A model generated the notes under the pieces. That model saw only the letters and a list, made by a program, of their open reading frames with translations. It was not told the origin of the DNA and did no database searches. This document shows positions 61,019 through 64,000 of a stretch of 64,000 bases of DNA, one piece after another. The translations under genes were made by a program, and so were the position numbers. Numbering within the stretch: position 1 is the first letter of the stretch; each line of letters opens with the position of its first letter. This DNA is from Eledone cirrhosa (taxonomy: Eukaryota): NCBI GenBank assembly GCA_964016885.1, contig OZ024743.1, forward strand, positions 120,156,001 through 120,220,000, given 5' to 3'.

Positions 61019-64000
61019 TCATCATCATCATCATCGTTTAACGTCCATATTCCACGTTTGCATGGGTTTGGACGGGAGTTTTCCCACTTGAGGCAAGAGT
61101 GGTTGTCTTGCTCGCATAGGACTGTCTGGCGGGTTTTCTACGGCTGGATGCCCTTCCTAACACCAACCACATTTACAGTGTGGGACTGGGAGGTTTTTAC
61201 CGTGTTACCTACACGGCCACATTACAGCGTGGACTGTGTGTTTTTTTGTCGTGACACCTACACGACCTCATTTGTTTCGGGCTGGATGTTGTGGTACCAA
61301 CATAACTTTACATTGAAAGGGGTGGTGTGGATGGGGTCGGGGTAGTGGGATGCGGGTGTATTTTGTTAGAGGTGCCTACTGACTGTAGTAGGTTTCACTT
61401 TGTACTTAGGTAAGGCGGGTCTTCTCTATTACTGTGTAGCGCCAAAGATCTCGGTCCAGTGACATTGTCTTGGAGAGGTGTAAGTGTGTGAGGTCTGAAT
61501 TTATCAAGTCGTCCCAGGTTTTTCTGGGTCTGCTTACTCCGTGGCTACCGTCTATTTTTATTGCCCTGCACTTTTTTATACAGCTGTCTTTCATGCGCAT
61601 CATGTGACCATACCAACGTAGTCTTCTCTCGAGTAAACAACAACTGATCCCTCTTATTTCTAATTTTTCCCTTAGTTCGTTTATGCTTTGCCGTTCACGT
61701 ATATTACTATTACACATCCAGCGGAGCATGCAAGCTTCGTTCCTCTCCAGTCTGCGTATATCCTCTGCACACAATGCCCAGGTCTCACTGCCATGTAACA
61801 TTGCTGTTCATATGCAGGCTCATACAGCTTGCCTTTCATTTTTAGGGAGAACCCTTTAGCGGCTAATAGTGGTATAAGCTCTCTGAACTTTTTCCATCCA
61901 GTTCTGACTCTAGCTACTGTACTTTCAGAGCACCCTCCCCCACTGCTGATTTTGTCACCCAGGTAACGGAAGCTGTCCACTATTTCTATAGAACCATCTG
62001 TGCAATGGAATGAGCTAGTATTCTGTGGGCACTTGCTGCTACTTATTGCAACAGAGCACCGGCCACATATAAAATCTATGTTCTTAGTTAGCTTACCTGT
62101 GATCCCATTACATCTTTTATGCACCCATACTTTGCATTTGGGACATAAAATGGAGTTTCTACCTACTCCTTTCCTACACACTGAGCATGGTCATTTCCCG
62201 GGTGGGACCGGTGCCCTATTTTCCTTCCTACAAACTAGAACTTTAGTCTTAGACAGGTTAATTTTAAGGCCTTTTGATTCTAGGCCATGCTTCCATGTTT
62301 GGAATTTCTTCTCTAGTTCGGCCATTGATTCAGCTATGAGCATTAGATCATCTGCGTATAGAAGTTCCCATGGGCAGCCGGTCTTGAACTCCACTGTTAT
62401 AGCCTGAAGGGCAATAATAAATAGTAGAGGGCTAAGAACGGAGCCCTGATGAACACCAACTTTTACACTAAACTCTTCACTATATTCGTTGTTAATTCTA
62501 ACTGTTTGCTGACTGTTTCTTTATACATGGCTTGTATAGCTCTCACAAGCCATTCATCAAGACCTAGTTTTCTAAGAGCCCACCAGATAATGGAACGGGA
62601 GACTCTGTCGAAGGCTTTCTCCAAGTCGACAAAAGCTAAGTATAGGGGTTTACTTTTAGCTAGGTACTTCTGTAGTTGTGGTACAATGAAAAGAGCGTCT
62701 GTGGTACTTTTACCTGACACAAACCCGAACTGCATTTCATCTAGATCAATTCTCTCTTTGATTAGTTGCGCTATTACTTTTTCTGTGACCTTCATGATCT
62801 GGTCGATTAATTTAATGCCGCTATAGTTACTCCTATCTAGGGCATCTCCTTTACCCTTGTAGCAGTTAATGATGATGCTGCTACGCCAGTCCTTCGGAAC
62901 AACCCCATTCTGTATGACTTGGTTCACTATCCGGGTGACCATGGTGTGTCCCACCGTTCCAGAAGCTTTCAGCATTGCAGCAACTATTTCCGAAGGCCCA
63001 GCCGCCTTACCCGTCATATCTTTGATTGCCTTACTTATTATACTACCTTCTTTGATTGCCTTACTTATTATACTACCTTCTTTGATTGCCTTACTTATAC
63101 TACCTTCGACTAACACTGCTGGTCCCTCTATTGGGTCGATGTGGAGGAGACTGTCTTTCTCCCATTTATTCTCCTCATTTAGTAGCCTGTCGTAGTGACA
63201 CTTCCAAGCTACCTTCTTATCAACGTCAGTGATGGCAAGTACACCATCATCATTAAGGACACACTTCTCCCCGACAATATCACGGTTTTCCTTGACACAT
63301 TACCTAGCAATCCTGAATAACCTCACGTTTTTGGTCCTCGTGTTGTAGAACATGCTTGAACTTTCTTTCCTCTGCTTCCCTTCTTGCGAAGTACACTTGT
63401 CTCCTAGCTTCCCTCCTGGCCACTTGATAATCTTCTCTAGTTCCCCCCATCCCGCCATACTTTCCAAGCCTGCTTTTTGGCCTTAATTGACTCCTCCACC
63501 TTACTGTTCCACCACCATTTTACTCTCCTCCTGCCTATAGGCCTGCTCCAGCCACAGACTTCGTCTGCCGCCATCAGCAGGTTTGCTTTCAGGAATTCCC
63601 ACTGTTGCTCTATATTGTACGACTCTAAATGCTCTTCCTTACTGTCGAAAGCATCAAGTAATATGCTTTTAAATTTATTTCTGGCTGTGGGGTCCTTTAG
63701 CTTCCATATTTTTCTCCTGAGGATAGTCCTCTTCTGTTGTCGAGTACGTCTCGTCCTGACTATGAGGTCGCTAATTATCAGTCTATGTTGGGAGGTACAT
63801 TCTTCATGGGGGAGGGATTTAGTGTTTACAACAGACACTCTGTCACGTCTTCTGGAAAGGATAATCTACCTGGCTGGTATGTTCCCCTGATCTGTAGGTG
63901 ATCAAGTGATTGTCTCATTTTTTGAAGTTAGTGTTACAGATAGTTAGGTTATTTGCATCACAGAATTCCAGGATTCTGGAGCCTTCCTCATTTCTAGTAC
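61019..64000 (-). mobile_element. RTE-clade LINE (runs past the window edge) with a (GAT)n tail
   Basis: MQFGFVSGKSTTDA, FVDLEKAFDRV, ELLYADDL, FRYLG, MLHGSETW, RLRWYGH; tail ggacgttaaacgatgatgatg at about 61019-61048. Confidence 0.93.

Overview
AT-rich, microsatellite-dense animal DNA. The SINE, RTE, Dong/R4 and Penelope repertoire suggests a coleoid cephalopod such as Octopus (inference). I can support one protein-coding gene: diphosphomevalonate decarboxylase (MVD) on the minus strand, with 8 GT-AG exons from 57408 to the stop at 38070; its 5' exons were not found and probably lie beyond 64000. The rest is mostly mobile DNA: Dong/R4-type LINEs in (TATG)n tracts, RTE LINEs, Penelope-like elements, a Gypsy integrase plus LTR, Tc1/mariner relics, piggyBac/hAT/Tc2-type MITEs, a Helitron-like element and two SINE families. 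Nearly all short ORFs in the track are microsatellite artefacts. The main leads are (1) several hammerhead-ribozyme motifs, including U3-A8 covariant and obligate-dimer forms, tied to Penelope ends and to fold-back cassettes inside (TA)n arrays, and (2) an unidentified, hairpin-rich, CpG-retaining island of about 320 nt inside an MVD intron.
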